From the NCBI GenBank assembly GCA_965214935.1, contig CBDCCS010000005.1:1-60330 (forward strand): a stretch of 60,330 nucleotides of DNA, in the 5' to 3' direction. The position numbers and the translations under genes are program-made. The notes under the pieces were generated by a model. The model saw only the letters and a list, made by a program, of their open reading frames with translations. It was not told where the DNA came from and ran no database searches. Below are positions 19,411-33,488 of this stretch, piece after piece; position 1 is the first letter of the stretch, and the number at the start of each line of letters is the position of its first letter. This DNA is from Candidatus Velthaea sp. (lineage in GTDB: Bacteria > Vulcanimicrobiota > Vulcanimicrobiia > Vulcanimicrobiales > Vulcanimicrobiaceae).

Positions 19411-21096
19411 TTGATCAAGCACGACATCGTCATCATCGGCGGCGGCCTGGCCGGTATGCGGGCGGCCGTTGAGGCTGCCGAGCGCGGCGCCGACGTCGCG
19501 ATCGTATCGAAGATGCATCCCGTGCGCAGCCATTCGGGTGCAGCGCAGGGCGGTATCAACGCAGCGCTCGGCAATCGTGAGGACGATTCGCCTGAGAGTC
19601 ACGCCTTCGACTGCGTCAAAGGCTCGGACTACCTTGGCGATCAGGATGCGATCGAAGCGATGACGGCCGACGCGCCCAAGCAAATTGTTTGGCTCGAGCA
19701 TCGCGGCTGCATCTTTTCGCGCTTACCGGACGGCCGTATCGCTCAGCGCCCATTCGGCGGTGCAGGTTCGCCGCGCACGTGTTATTCAGCCGACGTCACC
19801 GGACTCGTTATCCTTCACACGCTTTGGGAACAGCTCGAGCGCTTCGGCGTCAAGGTGTACGAGGAGTTCTTTGCAACCGCGCTGTGCGTTGAGGACGGTG
19901 TCGGCACCGGTGTCGTCGCGTATAATATGCGAACCGGTGCCCTCGAGTTGGTGACGGCAAAAGCCACCATCTTTGCGACCGGCGGCCTAGGCCGAGTGTT
20001 CGCCAAAACGACGAATGGCTACGCTTCGACGGGCGACGGCATGGCGATCGCCTACCGTGCGGGTATCCCGCTCATGGACATGGAGTTCGTACAGTTTCAT
20101 CCGACGTCGCTCAAAGAGAACGGCGTGCTGCTCTCGGAAGCAGCGCGCGGCGAAGGCGCTTATCTCCTCAATAAAGACGGCGAGCGCTTCATGTTCAAAT
20201 ATGCGCCGAATAAAGGCGAACTTGCATCACGCGATGTCGTTTCTCGCGCCGAATGGACCGAAATTACCGAGGGCCGCGGCGTCGACGGGTGCGTTTTTCT
20301 CGATCTTCGGCACCTCGGGCGCGAAAAGATTCTCGAACGGCTGCCGCAGATTCGGGAGCTTGCCCTCGACGCGACCGGCAAAGACGCAATCGATACGCCG
20401 ATCCCGATCTTGCCGGGTATGCACTACGCCATGGGCGGCATCGAGACGGACAAATTCGGCGCAACGCGGATCCCCGGCGTCTATGCCGCCGGCGAGGTCG
20501 CTTGCGTAAGCGTTCACGGTGCGAATCGCTTAGGCGGAAACTCGTTACTCGAAACGATCGTGTTCGGTCATCGCAGCGCGGAGCACGCAGCGAATTACAT
20601 CAAATCGGTCGGTAACGTACGTTCGTCGGAGCGAACCCTTAAAGCAGAGCACGAGCGTATCGACGAGATACTGCACCGGACCGGCGGCGAGCGCCACTCT
20701 ACGATTCGCAAAGCAACCAATAAGGCGATGAGCGATCATGCGTTCATCTTTCGTAACGAGACGGAGCTGACGGCCGGCATGAATGCGCTGCGCGAGGTGC
20801 GGCAGGCGGCGGCGACGATGACGGTTGCCGACAAGTCCAAGACGTTCAACACGGACCTGGTCGGACTGCTCGAAACCGAGTTCCTCGTCGATGTCGCGCA
20901 ACCGATCATGTTCGGTGCGCTCAATCGAACAGAATCGCGCGGCGCACAGTCGCGCACCGACTACCCCGAGCGTAACGATGCGGAATGGATGAAGCATACG
21001 CTTATGCATTACCAAGGCGGCACGGCCGATCCACAAGCCGACTACTCCCGTAATGTTACTTTTACGAAATACGAGCCGCAGGTGCGCACATACTAA
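19411..21096 (+). CDS. sdhA: Succinate dehydrogenase/fumarate reductase flavoprotein subunit
   Basis: IIGGGLAG, covalent-FAD motif RSHSGAAQGG, FVQFHPT, HYAMGG, HGANRLGGNSL; TTG start at 19411 behind GGGAG. Confidence 0.93.
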   Translation: MIKHDIVIIGGGLAGMRAAVEAAERGADVAIVSKMHPVRSHSGAAQGGINAALGNREDDSPESHAFDCVKGSDYLGDQDAIEAMTADAPKQIVWLEHRGCIFSRLPDGRIAQRPFGGAGSPRTCYSADVTGLVILHTLWEQLERFGVKVYEEFFATALCVEDGVGTGVVAYNMRTGALELVTAKATIFATGGLGRVFAKTTNGYASTGDGMAIAYRAGIPLMDMEFVQFHPTSLKENGVLLSEAARGEGAYLLNKDGERFMFKYAPNKGELASRDVVSRAEWTEITEGRGVDGCVFLDLRHLGREKILERLPQIRELALDATGKDAIDTPIPILPGMHYAMGGIETDKFGATRIPGVYAAGEVACVSVHGANRLGGNSLLETIVFGHRSAEHAANYIKSVGNVRSSERTLKAEHERIDEILHRTGGERHSTIRKATNKAMSDHAFIFRNETELTAGMNALREVRQAAATMTVADKSKTFNTDLVGLLETEFLVDVAQPIMFGALNRTESRGAQSRTDYPERNDAEWMKHTLMHYQGGTADPQADYSRNVTFTKYEPQVRTY

Positions 21097-22052
21097 TGGG
21101 CTTTACACTCGATATCTACCGCTACGACCAAAGCGTCGACGAAGTACCTCACCGCGATCGGGTCGAGCTCGATCTGCCGACGAACATTACCGTGCTCGAT
21201 GCGCTCGAGTATGCGAAGGCCGAAGTCGACGGCTCGATCTCGTTTCGGCGCTCGTGCCGTTCGGCGATCTGCGGCTCGTGTTCGATGAATATTAACGGGG
21301 TCACGGGTCTAGCGTGCAAGACGCCTGTTGCCCAGGTCCTGAAGTCCGACAACACCATTGCCGTCGATCCGATGCCCAACTTTCAGGCAATGAAAGACTT
21401 AGTCGTGCACATGGATCCGTTCTGGGACAAGTACTCACGGCTAAAACCCTACTTGCAGCCGGCCGACAAGGACGCGGATCACGAACGCGAACGGCGCGTT
21501 TCGCCCGAAGATATGAAGAAGCTCGTAGCCGTCGCAAATTGCGTCATGTGTGCGACGTGTTATGCGTTGTGTCCGGTCGTGTCGGTCGACCCGGCGTTCG
21601 CCGGTCCGGCGGCAATTGCATATGCGTACCGCTTCATCGAAGACTCCCGCGACAGTAAGCGTAAAGAGCGCACGGCTCAAATTGCCGACGATTACTTGTG
21701 GCTTTGCGCTCACTGCTACGCCTGCTCGTATTGTCCCAAGCACGTCGACCCGCACGATCGCATCATCGATACCAAACGCGCGTCGATCGAAGAAGGTCAT
21801 CTGAGTGAACCGGGTCCGCGCCACGCACTCGTCGTTGCAAAAACGATCAAGCAGACCGGCATGTTGCATGAGACGGAAGTGATTCAAGGAACCGTCGGGC
21901 GCTTTAATATCAAGGGGCTGATGAAAGTCGCCCCGCTCGGGATACGGCTCGCGCTGGCCGGAAAGATTCCGCCGCTTTTTCTCAAGCCCGTTCCAAAAGT
22001 CGACGAAATTCGTACGATTTTCAATACGCTGGAGGCTCCGGTACTTTCATGA
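21096..22052 (+). CDS. sdhB: Succinate dehydrogenase Fe-S subunit, type E-like, with C-terminal extension
   Basis: CRSAICGSC...LAC, CVMCATCYALCP, CAHCYACSYCP; about 90 extra C-terminal residues. Confidence 0.92.
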   Translation: MGFTLDIYRYDQSVDEVPHRDRVELDLPTNITVLDALEYAKAEVDGSISFRRSCRSAICGSCSMNINGVTGLACKTPVAQVLKSDNTIAVDPMPNFQAMKDLVVHMDPFWDKYSRLKPYLQPADKDADHERERRVSPEDMKKLVAVANCVMCATCYALCPVVSVDPAFAGPAAIAYAYRFIEDSRDSKRKERTAQIADDYLWLCAHCYACSYCPKHVDPHDRIIDTKRASIEEGHLSEPGPRHALVVAKTIKQTGMLHETEVIQGTVGRFNIKGLMKVAPLGIRLALAGKIPPLFLKPVPKVDEIRTIFNTLEAPVLS

Positions 22053-23005
22053 CGACGACGCTCGACAAACCGGCTTTATCGACCAAGCGCCAATCAAAGT
22101 CGGCGCAAATGCGCAAATACGGCTTCTTCCCCGGCTGCGTGGCCAAAGAGTCGTGCAAAGAGCTTTTCAATTCAACGATGCTGCTGGCCGAAAAGCTCGG
22201 AATCGAATTGGTCGAATTGACCGCAGCGTCGTGTTGCGGCGCATCGGTTCTCAACGATACGAACCGCGATGTGGCGCGCGTCCTAAACGCCCGGACGTAT
22301 GCGCAGGCAGAAGCACTCGGGCTCGACGACGTTATCACGATTTGCTCGACGTGTACCGGTCATATGCGTGCGGCCAACAAAGAGTTACTTGAAAACGAAC
22401 CGATGATGGGTCAAGCGAATGCCATCCTCGGGAAGTTTGGCTCAAAGTATAACGGAACGGTCATGGTCCGTCATCTGCTTTGGCTGCTCATCGACGACAT
22501 CGGTTTGGATACGCTGAAGTCGATGGTCGTTAATCCATTGAACGGTCTGAAGGTCGCGCCGTTCTACGGCTGCCACATCATTCGGCCCGAAGCGGTAAAC
22601 GGCTGGGAATCATCGCGCAATCCGCACTCGCTTGAAGACATCATCACGGCCTTGGGTGGTGAACCGATCGACTATGCCGGAAAGACGCGCTGTTGCGGAT
22701 TTCACATTCAGCTTGAAAAGGAGGGCGTGGCCGCAAACATGGTCGGCCAAAACATGCGGATGGCCAAAGATCGTGGAGCCGAAGCTGTGTTGACGCCGTG
22801 TCCTTTGTGTCACCTAGCACTCGACGGTTATCAAGCGGATTCAGCGGCGCGTTGGGGCCGGACCGATTTGCCGACCTTTCACTTACCACAGCTCGTCGGC
22901 TTGGCCTTGGGTATCGATCCGTCGCTGCTCGGCTTGAACAAGCACATCATTACGCCGGGAATGGTGCTGGAGTCCCACGATTTGGCGCCGGCGCACGTCG
23001 CCTAA
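22049..23005 (+). CDS. CCG-domain (HdrB-like) subunit, the SdhE-type anchor of non-classical SQR
   Basis: Two CCG motifs: FFPGC...SCCG...CSTC and FYGCH...RCCG...CPLC; ATGA-coupled to sdhB. Confidence 0.9.
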   Translation: MTTTLDKPALSTKRQSKSAQMRKYGFFPGCVAKESCKELFNSTMLLAEKLGIELVELTAASCCGASVLNDTNRDVARVLNARTYAQAEALGLDDVITICSTCTGHMRAANKELLENEPMMGQANAILGKFGSKYNGTVMVRHLLWLLIDDIGLDTLKSMVVNPLNGLKVAPFYGCHIIRPEAVNGWESSRNPHSLEDIITALGGEPIDYAGKTRCCGFHIQLEKEGVAANMVGQNMRMAKDRGAEAVLTPCPLCHLALDGYQADSAARWGRTDLPTFHLPQLVGLALGIDPSLLGLNKHIITPGMVLESHDLAPAHVA

Positions 23006-23347
23006 GCTATAGCGCGTCGCGTGGCGGCCGAACGGAAGCTCGAAGTGTTGTTAACGGCGCTTCGCTCTTTCGATATCTTTATCGCGACCGTGCCAACGGC
23101 AGCAACGAACGCACCGTATCGAACACGCCGCACGAAGTGTATCGCCGAGCCGACGTATCAAACGATGGCTGTCCGAAAGCGACTCTCCGAAAACGAAAAG
23201 CCGATACATGGCGTGCTACGGCCTGGGACCGATCTGCCTACGGTATATCAGGCCTCTCAGCGTACCGACGATAGTGTGTGTAAAGTAACGCAGACATGAA
23301 GCGGTATCCGTGCGGGTTGCTGCGATCGATCGCTTCGTGGCGAAACC

Positions 23348-23443
23348 TTAGCGGTTACGAGATTCTTCTTTAAAGCCGCCCCAATAGATCAAGGCCGTCA
23401 GGACGACGGTTAGTACAACTAAAAAGATAACGACATTATACAA
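23348..23443 (-). CDS. Small single-pass membrane peptide, 31 aa (MYNVVIFLVVLTVVLTALIYWGGFKEESRNR)
   Basis: GAAAGAGG RBS 9 nt before TTG; about 20 hydrophobic residues then a charged tail; below the ORF-track cutoff. Confidence 0.55.
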   Translation of the reverse strand: MYNVVIFLVVLTVVLTALIYWGGFKEESRNR

Positions 23444-23921
23444 CTGCAAAAACCTCTTTCGGCGTTCTCGACATAGTGTTCAGCCGTGCGTGTCTGGCGC
23501 CCTGCGCTGCGCAAACGGCTGCTGCAACTACTATCGTAGTGAGTGAGAAGCACGATTAGGAAGTGGTGCAATCACTGTTTCCCTGCGCCAGAAAGCGCCC
23601 CGGACGTGGCGTGACCCGGTCCTTGAGTCAAATCAAAAAACCCAAGACAAGCTTGGTAGATCCGAGCTCCGCCCGAACCGGAGAATAAGAAACGTTGCGT
23701 CCGTAACGTTGCGTCAGTGCATCATCGAGGACGTCACGCGAAATAGCTGAGGACCGCGTTGTGACGTGCGACGCGCGGGCGCTGACGACAAACTGCGCGT
23801 CACGTCAACCACCGTTCAGCCGGTGTTCTTACCCGTCTTGTGCGTGCGCGCAGCGGACTAGAGCGTTTGCGCGAGCGAGTCTAAGCGGGCGCTGATCGCC
23901 GGCTGGAAGAAGCGCCACTGC

Positions 23922-25154
23922 GTGGCAATCAACAGCGACGCCGCTGCACTCGACGTCCTATTAGCATTCGGACGAGCGTACCACCAAGCCGGCATACCGA
24001 CGGATACAATCGAAGACTTGATGCACGCGGTCGCAGCAGAGTTTGACGTTGAGCTTCAAGTCAACGCATTACCGACCAGTCTGACCGTCGCTGTTGGTCC
24101 CGGTACCGAGCAACGGCTGGTCATTTTACGCCTTGAGCCGGGGCGACTCAATCTTCAAAAACTTGCGCTGCTCAATGCTGTTTTTCGTAACATTCAACAC
24201 ACCAGGCTTGATGCAAGTGAAACGCTCTTCGACATTGCGGCAATCGACGTCGTCGTTAAACCGCGCCGGCCGGAAATCACCGTTCTCGCGTATGCTTTGC
24301 TTTCGCTCGGTGCTTCGATCTTGCTCGGCGGCGGAGCGCAAGAGATACAGGTATCGACGCTAACCGGCGTCGCGATCGGGATAATCGGCGCGCTGGCCGA
24401 TCGCTTTCTCGCGGTTAGCCGGCTCTTTGAGGTGCTTGCAGCGTTTGTCGCAACGCTTGTCGTCGCCGCTTACGAACGCTTTGTCGGACCGGTAGCGCTT
24501 TACGTTGCCCTCATTGCCGGTATCGTTCAGCTGCTGCCCGGCTTTACATTAACCACAGCGCTTCACGAACTGGCAAGCCGGCATCTGGTTGCCGGTACCG
24601 CTCGTCTCGGCGGCGTCCTGGTGACACTGCTCTCTCTCGGCTGCGGCTTCGCTCTTGCGCTTGCAATCGTCGGCACAAAAATGGAAGCTGCACCGATCAG
24701 TACACCGCACGTTTCCGGCTTATTCATCGTTCCAGCGGCGATAATAATGGCTGCCGCCATTGCAATCATACTGCGTGCACGAGCCATCGACTTCGGTTGG
24801 GTCTGCATCTCATGTGTCGTTGCAATTACAGCCGCCAAGATTCTCGGTTCTTTGCCGGGCCATCAAGTCGCTGCATTCGGCAGCGCTTTCGCGATCGGCA
24901 TCCTTACGAATCTTTCAGCGCGCTACCTCAACATACCGCAAGCGGTTATGCTCATACCGGGAATTCTCGTGCTCGTTCCCGGAACACTAAGCTACGAAAG
25001 CATCATTTACGTTTTTCAGACCGACATCACGAATGCCGTTAACGTCGGTTTTGATGCGGTGCTGACATCCATTCTTATCGTTTCCGGGACGCTCTTGTCG
25101 CAGATATTGCTTCGGCCCGTTCGTCAAGCCCGCGGCATACGTTCGCGATCCTAG
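23922..25154 (+). CDS. Threonine/serine exporter ThrE family membrane protein
   Basis: N-terminal soluble domain (GRAYHQAGIPT...LNLQKL), about 10 TM segments, LLPGFTLTTALHEL and LVPGTLSY motifs. Confidence 0.88.
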   Translation: MAINSDAAALDVLLAFGRAYHQAGIPTDTIEDLMHAVAAEFDVELQVNALPTSLTVAVGPGTEQRLVILRLEPGRLNLQKLALLNAVFRNIQHTRLDASETLFDIAAIDVVVKPRRPEITVLAYALLSLGASILLGGGAQEIQVSTLTGVAIGIIGALADRFLAVSRLFEVLAAFVATLVVAAYERFVGPVALYVALIAGIVQLLPGFTLTTALHELASRHLVAGTARLGGVLVTLLSLGCGFALALAIVGTKMEAAPISTPHVSGLFIVPAAIIMAAAIAIILRARAIDFGWVCISCVVAITAAKILGSLPGHQVAAFGSAFAIGILTNLSARYLNIPQAVMLIPGILVLVPGTLSYESIIYVFQTDITNAVNVGFDAVLTSILIVSGTLLSQILLRPVRQARGIRSRS

Positions 25155-25307
25155 GCAATCGATTGTCTATCCGAAGGCGAAATTCGCTCAGATCGCATAT
25201 ACGGCATGCACGTGATGCCACGTCGAATGCACCTTACGCATTGCGAATCCGAGAGCCGCGTTCGGTAAAGCTACCGTTTGTCGAAGCTTTAAAAGGACAC
25301 ATTCTTT

Positions 25308-25514
25308 ATGACCGATCAATCCGAAGAGCCGAGCCTGAGCCGCAAAGTCACGGATATTGCGCTAATTGTTATCGCTGCGGCTGCGGTCGCAGGGTGGCTT
25401 TGGCGACGCATTCGTCGTCCGGCGATGATCGACCGAATCGCACCGGAAGCTACTCCAATCGATGATAAGGTCGGTGCGGCAGTCGGCTTTCCCGGTGACA
25501 GTAATCTACCTTAA
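25308..25514 (+). CDS. Small hypothetical membrane protein, 68 aa
   Basis: AAAGGA RBS; TM segment IALIVIAAAAVAGWLW followed by RRIRR. Confidence 0.6.
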   Translation: MTDQSEEPSLSRKVTDIALIVIAAAAVAGWLWRRIRRPAMIDRIAPEATPIDDKVGAAVGFPGDSNLP

Positions 25515-25695
25515 CAAACAAAACGCTCAGACATCAGAAGCCTTTCAAATCCGTTTCAATGAATCGCCTCGTGCTTAAGATGCGAGGGACATGCATTCTA
25601 AGGAAGATGATGAAACTGACTAGATCTGTTAACGGAATTAAACTGGCACGCCGGCGCTCGGCTGAACAAAGCATCTTACGAAGAATCGGAAGCGT

Positions 25696-25730
25696 AAAAG
25701 CCCCGATGTCTTTGAACGACATCGAGGCTT
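25696..25730 (-). terminator. rrn operon intrinsic terminator
   Basis: Minus strand AAGCCTCGATGTC-gttcaaa-GACATCGGGGCTTTT just after 5S. Confidence 0.85.
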
Positions 25731-25741
25731 ATCCGATTTAA

Positions 25742-25857
25742 TTTGGCGGCGTCCTACTCTCGAGGGACCCTGCGGTCCGACTACCATCAGCGCTGACGGG
25801 CTTAACTGCCGTGTTCGGTATGGGAACGGGTGGAACCCCGTCGCTATGACCGCCAAA
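25742..25857 (-). rRNA. rrf: 5S rRNA
   Basis: Conserved CCCGTTCCCATACCGAACAC and GATGGTAG...GAGTAGGAC cores; paired ends. Confidence 0.97.
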
Positions 25858-25962
25858 AACTTGATCCCGTCGCGATGTCGAGCCGTAGCTCCAGACAATC
25901 GCGCCGGAAAGCTGCACAGAGAAGAACTTTCATGTACTCAAACAAAATTATTGCGTCTTTAA

Positions 25963-29020
<3,058 letters not shown>

Positions 29021-29123
29021 TTTAAAGACAGACATACTTACTATTGCTAGTTCGCACGTCGTCGAATATGGATCTTTGAAATTGCACCCATGCTCTTCAC
29101 ATGGGCCGCTTCTCATGTTTGGC

Positions 29124-29160
29124 ACATGAAAGTTCTTCTCTATGCAGTTTTCAAAGATCA
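29124..29160 (-). promoter_or_regulatory. ITS boxA antiterminator plus 5' arm of the 23S processing stem
   Basis: TGATCTTTGAAAA followed by CTGCATAGAGAAGAACTTTCATGT, complementary to 25912-25935. Confidence 0.8.
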
Positions 29161-29469
29161 GAAGTCATAAACCCGTATGCATCAACAAAGAACATCACAA
29201 GGCGCGAAGCCGGCGTGAGTTCTTTGTAAGCATCGAGGTTCACTCCCTCAAAGCTGAACAGTGCAGTTCCACGAACGCTATTACTAGCGATCGCCTTGGA
29301 AAACCCTCGCTGTGAGGGCCGCGCAATCGATATTGGAATATCGAGCCGATGATCTCAACCATCCTACCCTAGCGGGGCGGACAATCCCTGATCGTTTCGG
29401 CATCGTCTGTGGTCGACTTAGAATGTACATTGCTGCATTTACCTCGAGGGCAAACCAACAATATGTACT

Positions 29470-30975
<1,506 letters not shown>

Positions 30976-31267
30976 ATACTTTATGGAGCTTTCGATAAAG
31001 CTCTCACTAATCGCTGACTATTACAACTTGCTTACGCAAGCTACTGATTCGACTGCGAATCGAATCGCGCCGCCGAATAAACAGATGTTACCATCCTTAC
31101 ATCCGATCGGCGTAGTCATAAATTTTGTACGCCAAACCGTTTGCGCAATTCCGGTGGAGCCGGAGAATACGCGCGTGTTTGGTTTTCTCAAAACTTCGAG
31201 ACAATAAAAAAACGGCTTTCGCCGCGCTTCAATCTTCTCGAGTCAGAGACCCACAGACTTATGCGCT

Positions 31268-31294
31268 ACTGCACTGTTCAGTTTTCAAGGAACG
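31268..31294 (-). promoter_or_regulatory. Leader boxA plus 5' arm of the 16S processing stem
   Basis: CGTTCCTTGAAAA-CTGAACAGTGCAGT, complementary to 29254-29267. Confidence 0.8.
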
Positions 31295-31370
31295 AACGCT
31301 TCCGCCCAGCCCTACATTGGCCGGATCGTTGACCGCACCGCAGGGGCGAGGCGTCCGAGTCACGAGAAGT

Positions 31371-31400
31371 AGAATATCATTCGCTGCAATACAAAGTCAA
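31371..31400 (-). promoter_or_regulatory. rrn sigma-70 promoter
   Basis: TTGACT-18-TATTCT with extended TG and an A-rich upstream tract. Confidence 0.75.
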
Positions 31401-31518
31401 GGGTTTGCGGGGTGTTTTCTTTTCACAGCCTCGACGTGCATAACCGGTGGGTAACGTAACTCGGATTGCTCTCGGGCTATCCAACTTGGCATTGCGAGGT
31501 TAGCGATCGACTTGCTCG

Positions 31519-33120
31519 TCACGATTGGACCGGCCTCGGCCGTTCGGCAGCGATCGCTCTGGACTGCGATTGTAAGAAAAGCTGCAAGTAGTCCGCGCCG
31601 CCCGCCTTTGAATCCGTGCCCGACAGATTGAAGCCGCCGAACGGATGAACGCCGACGAGAGCACCGGTGCATTTGCGGTTGATGTAAAGATTACCGACGA
31701 AGAATTTATCGAGTGCTTTCGCGATACGCTCGCTTGACTGCGTGTAGACCGCCCCGGTTAAGCCGAAGTCCGTGTCGTTTGCGAGTGCGAGGGCTTGCTC
31801 GAAATCTGCAGCTCGGATTATTGCCAGTACGGGTCCAAAGATTTCATCCTGCCCGAGCGGTGACCGCGATTCGACGTCGGCGAATACCGTCGGGGCGAAA
31901 TAGTAGCCACCGCTCGGCGTGGTTCGCGGTCCGCCGGTCACGAAACGCGCCTCGTGCCGGCCGGCTTCGATATAACGGCTGATTTTAGCCGCGGCGCGTT
32001 CATTGATGACCGGTCCAAGGCCGGTTCCCGGGTCGGCCGGATCGCCGACGGCGATTCGACTCGCTTGCGCGGCGACCGCAGCGACGAAGCGATCGTAAAT
32101 TTTTTCGTCGACGATAGCGCGCGAACACGCCGAGCATTTCTGCCCGCCGAAGCCGAAGGCGGCGCCCACAACGCCGTCAACGGCTGCGTCGAAGTCGGCA
32201 TCGTCGGCAACGACGATCGCGTCTTTGCCGCCCAACTCTGCAATGACACGCTTGATCCAGCGTTGGCCCGGCACGACCTTGGCAGCCAATTCATTGATCC
32301 GTAAACCCACGGCCCTCGAACCGGTGAATGCGATAAAGCGCGTGCGAGTGTCGGTAACGAGGGCTTCGCCCACGATCGGGCCGTCGCCGGGCAGAAAATT
32401 GACGACGCCCGGCGGCACACCGCAGTCGTGCAAAAGGTCGACGAACTCGGCGGCGACGACGGCTGCATCGGGCGACGGCTTGAGCACGACGGTGTTGCCC
32501 GTAACGATCGCGGCACATGTCATGCCGGCCATGATTGCAAGCGCAAAATTCCACGGTGGAATGATCGCACCAACACCCAGCGGCAGATACGCCAGCGAGT
32601 TGTCTTCGCCGGCCGGCGAGGCGACGAGCGGCGGCGGCTCGGCCAAGCGTAACGCTTCGCGCGCATAAAACTCGAGGAAATCTATCGCCTCCGCAGTGTC
32701 GGCATCGGCCTCGATCCATGTTTTGCCGACTTCGAGCACCATGAGCGCGTTGTACGCATCCTTGCGATCGCGGAGCGCCGCGGCTACGTCCAGGAGCAGC
32801 TTTGCCCTGCTCGCTGCGCTCGTTCTCGACCAGGTTGCGAACGCTCGTGTCGCGCTATCGAGTGCGTTCGAGGCATCTGCAAGATCCGCGGCAACGACAT
32901 CGCCGATGACTTCCTGCGGATACGCCGGATTGAGCGAAGGAATCGTCGGCTTCCCATCATCGATGCGCCGGCCATCGATGACGAGCGGATACCGGCGGCC
33001 CAAACGCGAGCGCCAAGCGACGATCGCGGCATGCATCCCCGTGCGCTCGGCCGGATCGGCGAACGCCCGGATCGGTTCGTTCTGAAACGGCGCCGGCAGA
33101 CGCGTCGCGGTCTGCATCAT
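31519..33120 (-). CDS. pruA: L-glutamate gamma-semialdehyde (P5C) dehydrogenase
   Basis: PFQNEP, EAIDFLEFYAR, PPWNF, FTGS, ELGGKD, GQKCSACSR, GNLYINRKCTGALVGVHPFGG. Confidence 0.92.
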   Translation of the reverse strand: MMQTATRLPAPFQNEPIRAFADPAERTGMHAAIVAWRSRLGRRYPLVIDGRRIDDGKPTIPSLNPAYPQEVIGDVVAADLADASNALDSATRAFATWSRTSAASRAKLLLDVAAALRDRKDAYNALMVLEVGKTWIEADADTAEAIDFLEFYAREALRLAEPPPLVASPAGEDNSLAYLPLGVGAIIPPWNFALAIMAGMTCAAIVTGNTVVLKPSPDAAVVAAEFVDLLHDCGVPPGVVNFLPGDGPIVGEALVTDTRTRFIAFTGSRAVGLRINELAAKVVPGQRWIKRVIAELGGKDAIVVADDADFDAAVDGVVGAAFGFGGQKCSACSRAIVDEKIYDRFVAAVAAQASRIAVGDPADPGTGLGPVINERAAAKISRYIEAGRHEARFVTGGPRTTPSGGYYFAPTVFADVESRSPLGQDEIFGPVLAIIRAADFEQALALANDTDFGLTGAVYTQSSERIAKALDKFFVGNLYINRKCTGALVGVHPFGGFNLSGTDSKAGGADYLQLFLQSQSRAIAAERPRPVQS

Positions 33121-33488
33121 GAAATCAGTCGATTCAAGCTTCGCACGCCCGAAGATTCGCGGCGTTCGGAAGCTCTCATTTTTGCGTGACTCCGAAGTTC
33201 GGACGCAAGGCCGCGCAGCCGATTCGCAAGCGCACTGAGGCAGAGGCCGCCGCCGTTTCGCGGCCAACCCGCGGGCACCGTCGCAGCGAGTCGCTCCGGT
33301 TACGTTTACCGTACTGCGCTTCGCTCTTCAAAGCCGCTCCGGCGCGGCGGTTTACCGGCTACCATAGATTGGTGACGGAACATCCGTCCATTTTAGGCGG
33401 CGCGCAAACCACAGCGCCTGCGGCTTCGACCGATCGCTACCCGGTTCGTCGTAGCGGACGCGACCATTTCGAGGCAGAATAATCGCAT

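Noticed and set aside
23021..23299. 92-aa ORF and scattered GTATC motifs after the sdh operon
   Set aside because: No RBS or protein-like features; motif spacing is irregular
23558..23600. Cobalamin-riboswitch-like string GGAAGTGGTGCAATCACTGTTTCC
   Set aside because: Resembles only the T-loop hairpin; no B12 box seen and no cobalamin-related gene downstream
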